From NCBI GenBank assembly GCA_038123695.1, contig JAYPAO010000004.1, positions 19,328-83,327 on the forward strand: a stretch of 64,000 nt of DNA. Direction: 5' to 3'. The notes under the pieces are model-generated. The model did not search any database and was not told the origin of the DNA. It saw only the letters and a program-made list of their open reading frames with translations. Source of the stretch: Polaribacter sp. GTDB lineage: Bacteria > Bacteroidota > Bacteroidia > Flavobacteriales > Flavobacteriaceae. The translations under genes were made by a program, and so were the position numbers. This document shows positions 1 through 11,279 of the stretch, one piece after another. Every line of letters starts with the position of its first letter. Positions within the stretch are counted from its first letter, which is position 1.

Positions 1-1239
1 AAATTAGCCGATAAAAACTGGATACCAGACTTTGGCCCTTCCTCTTACACTTCTAAAACTGCACTCAACGGGGTAACCGCCATTTCAGCGAGAGATTTTT
101 TAATTGCCTACAATATCAATTTAAATACCACTTCGACACGAAGAGCGAATGCTATTGCTTTTGACATTCGTGAAGCTGGAAGAATCAAACGCGAAGGAAA
201 TCCAATTACAGGAAAGAAAGTGCTAGACACAAATGGAAATCCGGTTCGTATTCCTGGTAAACTAAAGGCTGTTAAGGGAATAGGCTGGTATATCGAAGAA
301 TATGGTATTGCTCAAATTTCATATAACCTGACCAATATTTCTATAACTTCAATGCATCGGGCATTTGATGAAACCGTAAAAGCGGCAACGAAAAGAGGAT
401 TAAGAGTAACTGGATCAGAATTGGTAGGTCTTGTCCCTTTACAGGCCATGTTAGATGCTGCTGATTTTTTCCTTAAAAAACAACAACGATCATTAGGGGT
501 TTCGGAAGATGAAAAGATTAAAATAGCTATAAAATCACTTGGCTTGGATGATTTAAAACCATTCAATCCAAATGAGCGAGTTATCGAATATGTAATGAAT
601 GCTGATACCGAATCCCGCTTAATTGATTTAACTGCTGAAGAATTAGCAAATGAAACAGCCTCTGAGTCCATGGCTCCAGGTGGTGGAAGTATTTCCGCTT
701 ATGTTGGTGCATTAGGCGTATCACTTGGAACTATGGTTGCGAATTTATCTGCACATAAACCCGGTTGGGATGATCAATGGAAATACTATTCCAAATGGGC
801 AGAAAAAGGACAGATGTACAAAAATGAACTCCTCTATTTAGTCGATGAAGACACCAGAGCTTTTAATAAAATTATAGCTGCTTTCCGTTTACCAAAAAAT
901 ACGGATCAGGAGATGCTAGAGCGAAAATCTGCGATTGAGGAGGCTACCAAAGAAGCGACTCGAGTACCATTTCGAGTAATGCAAACTGCTTATAAATCTA
1001 TGGAAGTGATGTTAGAAATGGCCGAAAATGGATTACAAAATTCCTTATCTGATGCTGGTGTTGGAGCACTTTGCGCAAGAACAGCTGTAATTGGTGCCTA
1101 TTATAACGTAAGAATCAATGCAAAGGATATTAAAGACAAAGCTTTCGCAGACAAGATACTCAAAGATGCAAAATCAGTTTATGATAAAACCATCAAACTA
1201 GAGCAGAAAATGATGGATATTATTGACTCTAAAATTTAA
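1..1239 (+). CDS. ftcD: Glutamate formiminotransferase / formiminotetrahydrofolate cyclodeaminase, 5' truncated by window edge
   Basis: Frame open from base 1 (WIPDFGP...ARDFLIAYNINL); GSELVGLVP and C-terminal cyclodeaminase motif APGGGSISA. Confidence 0.9.
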   Translation, partial: KLADKNWIPDFGPSSYTSKTALNGVTAISARDFLIAYNINLNTTSTRRANAIAFDIREAGRIKREGNPITGKKVLDTNGNPVRIPGKLKAVKGIGWYIEEYGIAQISYNLTNISITSMHRAFDETVKAATKRGLRVTGSELVGLVPLQAMLDAADFFLKKQQRSLGVSEDEKIKIAIKSLGLDDLKPFNPNERVIEYVMNADTESRLIDLTAEELANETASESMAPGGGSISAYVGALGVSLGTMVANLSAHKPGWDDQWKYYSKWAEKGQMYKNELLYLVDEDTRAFNKIIAAFRLPKNTDQEMLERKSAIEEATKEATRVPFRVMQTAYKSMEVMLEMAENGLQNSLSDAGVGALCARTAVIGAYYNVRINAKDIKDKAFADKILKDAKSVYDKTIKLEQKMMDIIDSKI

Positions 1240-1244
1240 TTTCG

Positions 1245-1715
1245 TTGCCAAATTCAACTTTGGAAATTATTCCTTTTAAAGAAGAGTTTACTCCATACTT
1301 TTATGAGTTAAATGTAGCATGGCTTAAAAAGTACTTTTATGTTGAGCCTTATGATGAATTGATATTAGGTAATCCTCAACGTTATATTATTGATAAAGGC
1401 GGATTTATTTTCTTTGGACGTTATCAAAATGAAATTGTAGGTGTAGTTTCGTTGATTAATCAGGGATCCTTTTTTGAATTAAGCAAAATGGCCGTTACAC
1501 CTCAGTTTCAAGGATTAAAAATTGGACTACAATTGATGGAATTCACAATCAAATTTGCAAAATCTAAAGGATGGGATAATTTAATTCTTTATTCTAATCG
1601 GAAACTAGCACCTGCAATTAGTCTATACTCGAAATTAGGATTTAAAGAAATTCCGTTGGAAACGGATGTCAATTACGAAAGAGCAGATATAAAAATGGAA
1701 TTATCCTTAAGCTAA
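1245..1715 (+). CDS. GNAT family N-acetyltransferase
   Basis: FELSKMAVTPQFQGLKIG acetyl-CoA motif A; AISLYSKLGF motif B. Confidence 0.85.
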   Translation: MPNSTLEIIPFKEEFTPYFYELNVAWLKKYFYVEPYDELILGNPQRYIIDKGGFIFFGRYQNEIVGVVSLINQGSFFELSKMAVTPQFQGLKIGLQLMEFTIKFAKSKGWDNLILYSNRKLAPAISLYSKLGFKEIPLETDVNYERADIKMELSLS

Positions 1716-1719
1716 TCAA

Positions 1720-2031
1720 TTAAGAAAAATCTATCAAGGACATCATCACCAGAAAGAAAAATAGTCCGAAGAATATTGAGTTTAAAATAAAAGCAATCAG
1801 AAATTTTGCTAAAGCTTCTTTAAATGACTCCTTTGAAGCCTTTATGCTGTAATATAAACCCAATCCTGATAATATGGCCAATATTACAATTAAAGTATCC
1901 ATTATAAGATTATCTTGACTACTAAAAAGACTATAAACAAACACATAAAAGGCATATAATCCAAAAAAGACAAATAGACTAGATAGCCCTAGAATAAAAG
2001 CCCTATTGGTGTTTTTTAAGGGTTTGTTCAC
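1720..2031 (-). CDS. Hypothetical membrane protein (3 hydrophobic segments)
   Basis: 103-aa ORF directly after aroQ; three TM-like stretches. Confidence 0.6.
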   Translation of the reverse strand: MNKPLKNTNRAFILGLSSLFVFFGLYAFYVFVYSLFSSQDNLIMDTLIVILAILSGLGLYYSIKASKESFKEALAKFLIAFILNSIFFGLFFFLVMMSLIDFS

Positions 2032-2034
2032 GAC

Positions 2035-2448
2035 CTATAAGAAACTTTGGATTGCTAATTGGTAGCCTTTAAGACCAAATCCGAAGATCACACCTTTCGC
2101 ATTGGCCGCAATAAAACTTTTGTGTCTGAAATCTTCTCTCGAATGAACATTTGAAATGTGTAACTCCACAACCGGAGTTTCAATGGCCCTTACAGCATCA
2201 CCAATCCCAATAGAAGTATGCGTATATGCTCCTGCATTTAATACGATTCCATCATAATCAAATCCTACTTCGTGTAGCTTATCTATTAATTCTCCCTCAA
2301 TATTTGATTGATAATATTCCAAATCAATTTTCGGAAACTGAGCTTTGAGTTGCCCCATAAAATCTTCAAATGATTCAGATCCATATATTTCTGGCTCGCG
2401 CTTTCCGAGTAGATTTAAATTTGGACCGTTGATAATAATTAATTTCAT
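2035..2448 (-). CDS. aroQ: Type II 3-dehydroquinate dehydratase
   Basis: INGPNLNLLGKREPEIYG signature; NAGAYTHTS; ELHISNVHSREDFRH. Confidence 0.97.
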   Translation of the reverse strand: MKLIIINGPNLNLLGKREPEIYGSESFEDFMGQLKAQFPKIDLEYYQSNIEGELIDKLHEVGFDYDGIVLNAGAYTHTSIGIGDAVRAIETPVVELHISNVHSREDFRHKSFIAANAKGVIFGFGLKGYQLAIQSFL

Positions 2449-2486
2449 AGTTCTTAAAATGTAAATATATAGTTTATTTTTAGCTT

Positions 2487-3383
2487 ATGAAATGGCAAAA
2501 TGCTATTGAAGATTATCAAAACTATCTAAAGCTCGAAAGAGGTTTATCTGAAAATACCATTTCGGGATATACTCGAGATCTCGAAAAATTGGTACTGTTT
2601 TTAGAAAACATTGATTTGGCAATTTCTCCAATTAAAATCGAATCGTATTCTATTAAAGAATTCGTTTACGAGATTTCTAAAAATGTTAGTCCCAGAAGCC
2701 AAGCCAGGATCATATCCGGATTGCGAAGTTTCTTTTCCTATTTAGTATTTGAAGGGTATCGAAAATCAAATCCCACTGATTTATTAGAAACACCTAAAAT
2801 CGGTTTAAAATTACCCGATACCCTATCTGAATCTGAGATTAACAGTCTAATTGCAGCAGTTGATTTATCTCATCCGCAAGGAGAACGAAATCGAACCATT
2901 TTAGAGACTTTGTATTCCTGCGGGTTGCGAGTTAGTGAAATCATTACGTTAAAAATTTCGGATTTGTTTTTTGAGGAAGGATTCATTCGTGTGTTAGGAA
3001 AAGGAAATAAAGAACGGTTCGTTCCAATTCACTCCAGAGCTCAGCAATTCATTGATTTATACATAAAAACCGATAGAAACAAAATCGAACCTCATAAAGG
3101 ATTTGAAGACACGATATTCTTAAATCGTCGTGGAAAAGGATTAACGCGTCAAATGATCTTTATAATTCTAAAGAATTTAGCTGAAAAAATAGGTTTACAT
3201 AAAAAAATAAGTCCGCATACCTTTAGACACTCATTTGCAACACATTTATTAAAGAATGGTGCTGATTTAAGAGCAATTCAACAAATGTTGGGACATGAAA
3301 GTATCACAACAACTGAAGTATATGTTCACTTGGATCGAAGTTTCTTAAAAGATGTATTAGAAACCTATCATCCTAGAAAATAG
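2487..3383 (+). CDS. xerD: Site-specific tyrosine recombinase XerD
   Basis: LYSCGLRVSE, SPHTFRHSFATHLL, QQMLGHESITTTEVY catalytic motifs; housekeeping context. Confidence 0.9.
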   Translation: MKWQNAIEDYQNYLKLERGLSENTISGYTRDLEKLVLFLENIDLAISPIKIESYSIKEFVYEISKNVSPRSQARIISGLRSFFSYLVFEGYRKSNPTDLLETPKIGLKLPDTLSESEINSLIAAVDLSHPQGERNRTILETLYSCGLRVSEIITLKISDLFFEEGFIRVLGKGNKERFVPIHSRAQQFIDLYIKTDRNKIEPHKGFEDTIFLNRRGKGLTRQMIFIILKNLAEKIGLHKKISPHTFRHSFATHLLKNGADLRAIQQMLGHESITTTEVYVHLDRSFLKDVLETYHPRK

Positions 3384-3389
3384 GTCAAA

Positions 3390-4958
3390 TTATTTCGCTA
3401 CGTTTACCACTCTTGTTTCACGAATCACAGTAACCTTTACTTGTCCAGGATACGTCATGTCATTCTGAATTTTTTGAGAAATATTAAATGATAGTTCGGC
3501 GGCCTTGGCATCGTTCACTTTAGAGCTCTCAACTAGTACACGTAATTCGCGACCAGCCTGAATGGCATAGGCTTTTTGAACACCCTTAAATCCAAAGGCA
3601 ATTTCTTCTAGATCTTTTAATCGCTGGATATAAGAATCTAGAACTTGTCTTCTTGCTCCTGGTCTTGCTCCTGAAATGGCATCACAAACCTGAACGATTG
3701 GAGAGATTAGACTCTTCATTTCAATTTCATCGTGATGGGCACCAATCGCATTACAAACTTCTGGTTTCTCACCATATTTCTCTGCCCATTCCATTCCCAA
3801 CAACGCATGCGGTAATTCACTCTCAGTTTCTGGTACCTTACCGATATCGTGCAGTAATCCAGCACGTTTTGCCAACTTCGCATTGATTCCCATTTCCGAG
3901 GCCATAATGCCACAAAGATTGGCTACCTCTCGTGAATGTTGTAATAAATTTTGACCGTAAGAAGAACGATATTTCATTCTACCTACAATTTTAATCAATT
4001 CGGGATGTAAACCATGGATTCCCAAGTCAATCACGGTGCGTTTTCCAAGTTCTACAATTTCTTGATTGATTTGCTTTTTCGTTTTTTGAACAACTTCTTC
4101 AATACGAGCAGGGTGAATTCTACCATCGGTCACTAATTTGTGCATCGATAATCTCGCAATTTCTCTTCGCACAGGATCGAAACACGATAGAATAATTGCT
4201 TCAGGTGTATCGTCAACGATGATTTCTACTCCAGTTGCCGCTTCCAATGCACGAATATTTCGTCCTTCACGACCGATGATTCTTCCTTTAACGTCATCAG
4301 AATCCAAGTTAAAAACAGAAACACAGTTTTCTACTGCTTGTTCTACGCCAACGCGTTGAATTGTTCCTAAAATAATTTTTCTAGCTTCTTGGTCGGCAGT
4401 AAGTTTTGCCTCTTCGATAGAGGTTTGAACAAAAGACATGACTTCCGTTTTAGCTTCGTCTTTGAGCGAAGCAATTAATTCTTTTTTCGCCTCATCGGCA
4501 GAGAATCCGGATATTTGTTCTAGTAAATCAACATGCCTTTGATGGAGCTTGTCAATCTCATTTTCCTTTCGTTCAAGACGCTCTAATTTATTTTCATACT
4601 CATTAGATTTATTTTCTAATGAGCGATTCAACTTCTTGTTTTTATCAAGTTCTGAAGAAATTTGAGATTCACGGTCTTTGATACGTTTCTCAACATCAGA
4701 CATTTTCTTTTCACGACCTAGAATGAACTTTTCGTGCTCTGATTTCAATTCGATAAACTTCTCTTTCGCTTGAAGTATCTTGTCTTTTTTAATTGATTCG
4801 GCGTCAATCTTAGCCTCTTTGATAATTGTTTCGGCCTCTTTTTTTGTCTCTTCTAGTATCTTCTTTCCTTTCGACTTTTCAACACTTTTTAAAACAATAT
4901 ATCCTGTAATTGCCCCAATAACTACTCCCAGCAATATTGGCATTAGTAATCCTTCCAT
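3390..4958 (-). CDS. rny: Ribonuclease Y
   Basis: N-terminal TM plus coiled coil, KH domain [15 protein letters not shown] domain LLHDIGK. Confidence 0.97.
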   Translation of the reverse strand: MEGLLMPILLGVVIGAITGYIVLKSVEKSKGKKILEETKKEAETIIKEAKIDAESIKKDKILQAKEKFIELKSEHEKFILGREKKMSDVEKRIKDRESQISSELDKNKKLNRSLENKSNEYENKLERLERKENEIDKLHQRHVDLLEQISGFSADEAKKELIASLKDEAKTEVMSFVQTSIEEAKLTADQEARKIILGTIQRVGVEQAVENCVSVFNLDSDDVKGRIIGREGRNIRALEAATGVEIIVDDTPEAIILSCFDPVRREIARLSMHKLVTDGRIHPARIEEVVQKTKKQINQEIVELGKRTVIDLGIHGLHPELIKIVGRMKYRSSYGQNLLQHSREVANLCGIMASEMGINAKLAKRAGLLHDIGKVPETESELPHALLGMEWAEKYGEKPEVCNAIGAHHDEIEMKSLISPIVQVCDAISGARPGARRQVLDSYIQRLKDLEEIAFGFKGVQKAYAIQAGRELRVLVESSKVNDAKAAELSFNISQKIQNDMTYPGQVKVTVIRETRVVNVAK

Positions 4959-4982
4959 ATTTTGATTAGTGGTATAAAAAAA

Positions 4983-5139
4983 GCCTACATCAGTCTGGTT
5001 TTTATAAACTCCATTATATCAGGTTTAGGATTAACTGGTTGATCAAGTATCCGGTAATATCCGGCTCGCCATAACAACCACGACTCATCCTTTATAATAG
5101 ATTAGCGTTGAGTTTATCAAACAATTTACTAATGTAGGC
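4983..5139 (-). ncRNA. ssrS: 6S RNA (Flavobacteria type)
   Basis: Long irregular hairpin: GCCTACATTAGT pairs with ACTGATGTAGGC and ATAAACTC with GAGTTTAT; lies between zapA and rny, a typical 6S position. Confidence 0.8.
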
Positions 5140-5164
5140 AGTATTAAATTTTATTTTAAAGAAC

Positions 5165-5455
5165 TTATTCTAATTGATCATCAACCAATTCGGTTAACGA
5201 TTTAATTTTATCAAGAACTTCTTTATTTGTGGAGTTTTTTTGCAGGGATGTGATTTCTAACTTCGATGCAAATTGCAAAGCGCACATGGCAAGTACATCC
5301 TGCTTATCACTAACTGCATAATTCTGTTCAAACAATGAAATTAATTTGTTGATTGACTTGGCTGCCTTTCGCATTCCTTCCTCCTCTTTAACGGAAGAAA
5401 CAGTTAAAGGATAGTTTCTACCAGCAATGACAATGTTAATTTTTAGTTTTTCCAC
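5165..5455 (-). CDS. zapA: Cell division protein ZapA
   Basis: IVIAGRNYPL...EEEGMRKAA...DKQDVLAMCALQFA. Confidence 0.9.
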   Translation of the reverse strand: MEKLKINIVIAGRNYPLTVSSVKEEEGMRKAAKSINKLISLFEQNYAVSDKQDVLAMCALQFASKLEITSLQKNSTNKEVLDKIKSLTELVDDQLE

Positions 5456-5468
5456 AATGTAAAGAACT

Positions 5469-5759
5469 TTATTCTTGTAACTGAATGATACATTTATCGA
5501 TTTCTCTGATTAATGCGTTCAATTTCAGTTTTGTATTTTTTGTTTCTGAACTACTGCCTTCGATAGTTTTGGCAATCTTTAATAAATCGTAGGCTTTCTT
5601 CTGATTTACAATCGATTGTTTCTGATCTAGAATTTCCTTTTGCAAACTGGAAACATTCTGAAGCAAAATTTCGTTTTCCTTTTTTAAAAATTCATAGTTA
5701 GAAACTAAAATTTCAATTCTGTTTTCTAACTTTTCAATGGCTTCAAGAAGATTCTCCAT
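5469..5759 (-). CDS. Coiled-coil protein upstream of zapA (ZapB-like)
   Basis: Start moved to MENLLEA; all-helical heptads ending LIREIDKCIIQL; position ahead of zapA. Confidence 0.75.
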   Translation of the reverse strand: MENLLEAIEKLENRIEILVSNYEFLKKENEILLQNVSSLQKEILDQKQSIVNQKKAYDLLKIAKTIEGSSSETKNTKLKLNALIREIDKCIIQLQE

Positions 5760-5899
5760 ACAGGTTTTTACTAGAAAAACTATCCATACAAATATAAGAT
5801 TATCTGCTTTAAAATGCAATTTTAAAACTCACTTTTAATGTAAAGATTCAATAATATAATTCTCTGTAATTCCATTTTTATTACATTTACCTCAAACAA

Positions 5900-7603
5900 T
5901 TGCATTTGAAATTAATAATCTATTTATTTCTCTCAATAATAGCAACTACCGGGCTTGCGCAAGAAAAGAATTATCCGAAAGACTATTTTAGAAGCCCCTT
6001 AGATATTCCACTAATTCTCTCTGGCACTTTTGGAGAACTGAGAAGCAATCATTTTCACTCAGGACTGGACATCAAAACTCAAGGAAAAGAAGGTTTCCCA
6101 ATTTATGCTATTGCAGATGGTTATATCTCTCGAATTAAAGTTGCGCAGTACGGATTCGGTAAAGCATTATATATTACTCATCCTAACGGATACACTTCTG
6201 TATATGCTCATCTTCAAAAATACAATGAGCCGATTCAATCCTATGTAAAAAAAATACAATACAGAAAGGAAAATTACTATACTGGAAACTTATTTTTTAA
6301 AGAAGAAACATTTCCAGTGAAAAAGGGTGAAATCATCGCTTATTCTGGCGACACTGGTGGATCTGGAGGTCCGCATTTGCATTTTGAAATACGCGATACA
6401 AAGACTGAAAATATTATTAATCCTCTGCATTTTGGATTCAACATTCAAGACGATAGAAAACCTGTAATTCAATCCCTTAAAGCCTATCCGTTGTCAGACT
6501 ATGCCCAGATTAATAATCAGAAAAACGATATAAAAGTTGAAATAAAAGCCATTGGTTCGGGTAAATATGTTGCAAATAAGATCAATGCGAACGGATTAAT
6601 TGGATTTGGAATTAACACCTTCGATCAACTCAATTTTGCTCCAAACCGCAATGGAGTGTATAGTATTGAGATGTTTGTAAATGGCAAATCGACTTACTAT
6701 TGGGATACCGAAGCCTTTGCTTTTCATGAAAGTAAATTCATTAATCTTCACATCGATTATAAACATTTCAAAAGATATCGAAGCAGATATCAAAAGACTT
6801 TTAAAGACGCTTCAAATAGATTATCGATGTATGAAAATGTTAAGAATAGCGGTAAAATTAACGTTAAAGAAGGGCTCAATTACAACATACAAATTATCAT
6901 TAAAGATTTTAATGGAAATTTTAGTTACGTAATCATTCCTGTTCAAGGGGTAAAATCAATTCCTGTATTCTTTACCCCAAAAGATTCAACGAATTTCAAG
7001 ATAGAAAAAAATAAGTTTGCTAAGTTTTCACTTAAAGATGTTACAATTCTTTTTCCTCGAAACACATTTTATGAGGATACCTTCCTAGAAATAAAGGAAG
7101 AAAATGGTATTACTACCATCCATACACCTACCATTCCACTCGACAAAAACTTTACGATTCAATTTGATGTTTCCAAATATTCTGAAGTAGAAAAAGAACA
7201 GATGTATATCGTTAATTTAGAGAATCCACGATATCCGAGATACCAGTTAACACGAAAAAAAGACAGTGTCTTTTATACAACAACTAAAACTTTAGGTAAC
7301 TACAGTTTAAAGATTGATAAACAAGTACCTAAAATTAGATTATTGTATTTTAAAAACAATCAATGGATCAGTAATTTCAGTACTTTAAAAGTTAAAATTT
7401 CTGATATTGGATCGGGAATAAAAAACTACAGAGCAAGCATTGATGGGGAATGGATTTTAATGGAATTCAATCATAAAAGAGGAATTCTTACCTATAATTT
7501 TAATGACAAAAAGTTGGTCGGAAGCAAACATATCTTTAAAATTGTAGTATCAGACAACGTTGGAAATACGAATGAGCTTTCTGCAACGTTTTTTAAAAAA
7601 TAG
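5900..7603 (+). CDS. M23 family metallopeptidase, secreted
   Basis: Signal peptide; HFHSGLD, YAHL and GPHLHFEIR motifs. Confidence 0.9.
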   Translation: MHLKLIIYLFLSIIATTGLAQEKNYPKDYFRSPLDIPLILSGTFGELRSNHFHSGLDIKTQGKEGFPIYAIADGYISRIKVAQYGFGKALYITHPNGYTSVYAHLQKYNEPIQSYVKKIQYRKENYYTGNLFFKEETFPVKKGEIIAYSGDTGGSGGPHLHFEIRDTKTENIINPLHFGFNIQDDRKPVIQSLKAYPLSDYAQINNQKNDIKVEIKAIGSGKYVANKINANGLIGFGINTFDQLNFAPNRNGVYSIEMFVNGKSTYYWDTEAFAFHESKFINLHIDYKHFKRYRSRYQKTFKDASNRLSMYENVKNSGKINVKEGLNYNIQIIIKDFNGNFSYVIIPVQGVKSIPVFFTPKDSTNFKIEKNKFAKFSLKDVTILFPRNTFYEDTFLEIKEENGITTIHTPTIPLDKNFTIQFDVSKYSEVEKEQMYIVNLENPRYPRYQLTRKKDSVFYTTTKTLGNYSLKIDKQVPKIRLLYFKNNQWISNFSTLKVKISDIGSGIKNYRASIDGEWILMEFNHKRGILTYNFNDKKLVGSKHIFKIVVSDNVGNTNELSATFFKK

Positions 7604-7615
7604 AAATACTTCAAG

Positions 7616-10066
7616 TTGACGAAATTCAAATTCTTTTTCCTACTTCTTTTTCCACTTTCCATTTTTGGCCAAGATTTTACCTTTATCAAAGGATACGTGA
7701 AAAACAGCAAGAATAAACCGATAGAAAATGTATCTGTTTCTTTTAATAAAACCGGCACAAATACCAATGCCGACGGATTTTATCAATTAAGAGTTCCCTT
7801 GAATCAAGAGGTTACACTCGTATTTACTCATATTTCTCATCAAACGCTGTCTAAATCATTTTTCTTAAAGCGAAAGAGTATCGTGAGATTTTCACCCAAA
7901 TTGATGCTTAAAATAGAACAATTGGAGGAAATCGTTATTAAAGATAAAACCAAAAGCGTCTCCGGTGTTACCAAAATTGACGTAGATAAAGCTAAAAACA
8001 TTGTAGGTCCGAATTCAGGAGTTGAAAATGTACTAATGACCTTGCCAGGTGTAAACAATAACAATGAATTAAGCACACAATACAATGTACGGGGTGGAAA
8101 TTTTGATGAAAACCTTGTCTATGTCAATGGTATTCAAGTATATCGGCCATATTTAATACGATCTGGTCAGCAAGAAGGTCTGAGTTTCATAAATACCAAC
8201 ATGGTTCAGAACATCAATTTTTCGGCTGGTGGATTCCAAGCTAGATTCGGAGACCGTTTGTCTTCTGTCCTGGATATTACCTATCGGAAACCATCCGAAG
8301 AAACCATCCAGATTGATGCAAGCTTTTTAGGTGGAAGCATTACCTACGGCAATTCCTATTCAGACAATAAATGGAGTGTATTGTTAGGCGCTCGTTACAG
8401 AGATAACAGCTTGTTTGTAAATAGCAAACAGGTAGAAACAAACTTTAGACCTGTCTTTTCTGATGTTCAATCCTACATCTCATATGAACTGTCAGATAAA
8501 TTTACTTTTAACTTCTTGGGAAACCTTTCGATTAACGATTACAACTATCAACCTTTAACTAGGAAAACTAGATTCGGAACCGTTGCCGACCCATTGGAAT
8601 TGATTGTATTTTACGAAGGACAGGAAAAAGATAGTTATTTCACGCTTTTCGGAGCCTTGTCGGGCACGTATGCGATAAATGAAGATCTTTCATTAACAAC
8701 CACCGTATCTCGTTATAACACTCAGGAAGAAGAACATTTTGATATTGCCGCATCCTATCGATTAGGTGAAGTAGATAGTTCTCTGGGGTCAGAAAATTTT
8801 GGAGAAGTAGAGTTTTCTCAAGGTATTGGGTCTCAAATTAATCATGCTCGTAATGATTTAGATGCATTGATAACGAATGCAGAAATTAGAGGAACATTGA
8901 AAAAAGAGCAATCCCAATGGAATTTTGGGGTAAAGTTTCAAAAGGAAAATATTAAAGACCGCATTCGAGAGTGGGAAGTTATTGATTCACTCGGATTTTC
9001 CATCCGGCCTCCCGGTCACACCATGAACAATCAACCCTATGAGCCTTTTGAAGGTGAGATTACTCCTTTCCAATCCATTAGGACCGAAAATTCAGTAGAC
9101 ATCAATAGAATAACTGCATATGCTCAGTATAACAAAAGATCCTTCTGGGGAAATCATGAAGTATGGTACAATGTAGGAGTTCGTTCTCATACTTGGAATG
9201 TGACTGGAAATGGAACAACTTCAGAATCAAAAATGATAATCAGTCCTAGATTACAATTTGCCATCAAACCCGATTGGGAAAAGGACATGCTCTTTAGACT
9301 TTCCGGTGGATTGTATGCCCAACCTCCATCCTATCGCGAACTAAGAGATTTTAATGGTAATGTCAATGTCAATGTAGAAGCTCAGGAAGCGATTCACATT
9401 GTTGGTGGTATGGACTACAGTTTCCAAATGTGGAATAGACCCTTCAAACTTACTTCTGAGGTGTATTATAAATCATTATCAAATCTGAATGCGTATTCCA
9501 TTGATAATGTGCGTATCCGTTATCGTGCAGATAATGTGACAGAAGGTTATGCCTACGGACTTGATTTACGTTTAAATGGAGAATTTGTTCCGGGTAGTGA
9601 AAGCTGGGTAAGTATTGGATATTTAAAAACAGAAGAAAATCAGGATAATCGCGGATACATTGCACGACCTACCGATCAACGATTGAAATTCGCTATCCTT
9701 TTCCAAGATTATGTTCCGAATTTACCCGATTTGAAAGCTTATTTGAATTTGGTTTACAATACCGGTGTTCCTGGTGGTTCTCCTTCTTATGCTGATGTGT
9801 ATCAATTTCAGGATCGTTTAAGGGATTACAGAAGGGCAGATTTAGGAGTTTCTTATGTATTTGTAGATTCCAACAAACAATTTAAAACAGGCTGGCTTTC
9901 TAAATGTAAAGAACTGACCGCTGGATTAGAATTATTTAATATGTTCGATATTCAGAATGCCATTACGAATACTTGGGTTAGAGATGTCTATTCAAAAAGA
10001 CAATATGGTATTCCGAATTTTATGACAGGCAGGGTTCTGAACTTTAAAATGAGTATGCAGTTTTAA
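7616..10066 (+). CDS. TonB-dependent receptor
   Basis: Signal peptide, carboxypeptidase-regulatory-like N-terminal domain, plug VRGGNFDENLVYVNG, C-terminal Phe. Confidence 0.9.
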   Translation: MTKFKFFFLLLFPLSIFGQDFTFIKGYVKNSKNKPIENVSVSFNKTGTNTNADGFYQLRVPLNQEVTLVFTHISHQTLSKSFFLKRKSIVRFSPKLMLKIEQLEEIVIKDKTKSVSGVTKIDVDKAKNIVGPNSGVENVLMTLPGVNNNNELSTQYNVRGGNFDENLVYVNGIQVYRPYLIRSGQQEGLSFINTNMVQNINFSAGGFQARFGDRLSSVLDITYRKPSEETIQIDASFLGGSITYGNSYSDNKWSVLLGARYRDNSLFVNSKQVETNFRPVFSDVQSYISYELSDKFTFNFLGNLSINDYNYQPLTRKTRFGTVADPLELIVFYEGQEKDSYFTLFGALSGTYAINEDLSLTTTVSRYNTQEEEHFDIAASYRLGEVDSSLGSENFGEVEFSQGIGSQINHARNDLDALITNAEIRGTLKKEQSQWNFGVKFQKENIKDRIREWEVIDSLGFSIRPPGHTMNNQPYEPFEGEITPFQSIRTENSVDINRITAYAQYNKRSFWGNHEVWYNVGVRSHTWNVTGNGTTSESKMIISPRLQFAIKPDWEKDMLFRLSGGLYAQPPSYRELRDFNGNVNVNVEAQEAIHIVGGMDYSFQMWNRPFKLTSEVYYKSLSNLNAYSIDNVRIRYRADNVTEGYAYGLDLRLNGEFVPGSESWVSIGYLKTEENQDNRGYIARPTDQRLKFAILFQDYVPNLPDLKAYLNLVYNTGVPGGSPSYADVYQFQDRLRDYRRADLGVSYVFVDSNKQFKTGWLSKCKELTAGLELFNMFDIQNAITNTWVRDVYSKRQYGIPNFMTGRVLNFKMSMQF

Positions 10067-10083
10067 ATCGAGAATAGACTTCC

Positions 10084-10536
10084 TTAACTTAAGATTTGCT
10101 CTGCATGTGCTTTCGTCTTTACTTTCGAAATCACTTCATTAATAATTCCATTTTCATTAATAATAAAGGTAGTTCTATGGATACCATCATATTCCTTGCC
10201 CATGAATTTCTTTGGGCCCCAAACACCAAACGCATTGATAACAACTTTATCCTCATCTGCCAATAAAGGGAATGGCAATTCATATTTGTTCTTGAAATTC
10301 TCTTGTCTTTTGGCAGAATCGGCACTCACACCTAAAACGTCATATCCTCGGCTTAAAAATGTTTGATAGTTATCTCTAAGATCACAAGCCTCAGCTGTAC
10401 AACCAGGAGTACTGGCCTTCGGATAAAAGAATAATACCAACTTTTTACCTAAATAATCTTGCAATCGAATGGTATTTCCCTGTTGGTCTTTAGCTTCGAA
10501 TCTCGGTGCTTCATCTCCTTTTTTAAGTGTTGTCAT
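10084..10536 (-). CDS. bcp: Thioredoxin-dependent thiol peroxidase Bcp
   Basis: FFYPKASTPGCTAEAC. Confidence 0.95.
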   Translation of the reverse strand: MTTLKKGDEAPRFEAKDQQGNTIRLQDYLGKKLVLFFYPKASTPGCTAEACDLRDNYQTFLSRGYDVLGVSADSAKRQENFKNKYELPFPLLADEDKVVINAFGVWGPKKFMGKEYDGIHRTTFIINENGIINEVISKVKTKAHAEQILS

Positions 10537-10622
10537 TTTTTTCGTTCTAGAAGTTTGTAATTCAGCAAAAATAAGATTATTAACGAAACATATTCGTTAT
10601 TTTTGACAGGAAAATCTCAACA

Positions 10623-11279
10623 ATGAACAAAAAAGAAAAGGTAGATTTTGTAATTGACACCTTGCAAGAATTATATCCTGAAATTCCTATTCCGTTAGAT
10701 CACAGGGATCCATATACATTATTGGTAGCCGTTTTGCTCTCTGCACAATGTACCGATGTTCGCGTAAATCAGGTGACTCCATTCCTATTTGAAAAGGCAG
10801 ATAATCCTTTTGATATGGTGAAGATGACTGTGGAACAAATCAAGGAAATCATCAGGCCTTGTGGTTTATCTCCTATGAAAAGTAAAGGCATTTATGGACT
10901 TTCTAAAATTTTAATAGACAAGTACAATGGTGAGGTCCCGCAATCATTTGAGGCTCTGGAGCGTTTACCAGCTGTCGGGCATAAAACAGCAAGTGTTGTC
11001 ATGAGTCAAGCGTTTGGAGTACCTGCCTTTCCTGTAGACACTCACATTCATCGTCTTATGTATCGATGGAATTTATCAAATGGCAAAAATGTTATTCAAA
11101 CGGAAAAAGATGCGAAGCGTTTGTTTCCAAAGGAGTTGTGGAATGATTTGCATTTGCAAATAATATGGTATGGTCGAGAATATTCACCAGCTCGTGGTTG
11201 GAATTTAGAAAAAGATATCATTACTAAAACGATAGGAAGAAAGTCGGTTATAAAAGAATACTACAAAACAAAATCATAA
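10623..11279 (+). CDS. nth: Endonuclease III (variant without Fe-S cysteines)
   Basis: LLSAQCTD, HhH LPAVGHKTA, VDTHIHR. Confidence 0.92.
   Translation: MNKKEKVDFVIDTLQELYPEIPIPLDHRDPYTLLVAVLLSAQCTDVRVNQVTPFLFEKADNPFDMVKMTVEQIKEIIRPCGLSPMKSKGIYGLSKILIDKYNGEVPQSFEALERLPAVGHKTASVVMSQAFGVPAFPVDTHIHRLMYRWNLSNGKNVIQTEKDAKRLFPKELWNDLHLQIIWYGREYSPARGWNLEKDIITKTIGRKSVIKEYYKTKS

Noticed and set aside
2487-3383. Tyrosine recombinase as a mobile-element integrase
   Set aside because: Size, motifs and aroQ/rny context fit chromosomal XerD; no att repeats or cargo nearby
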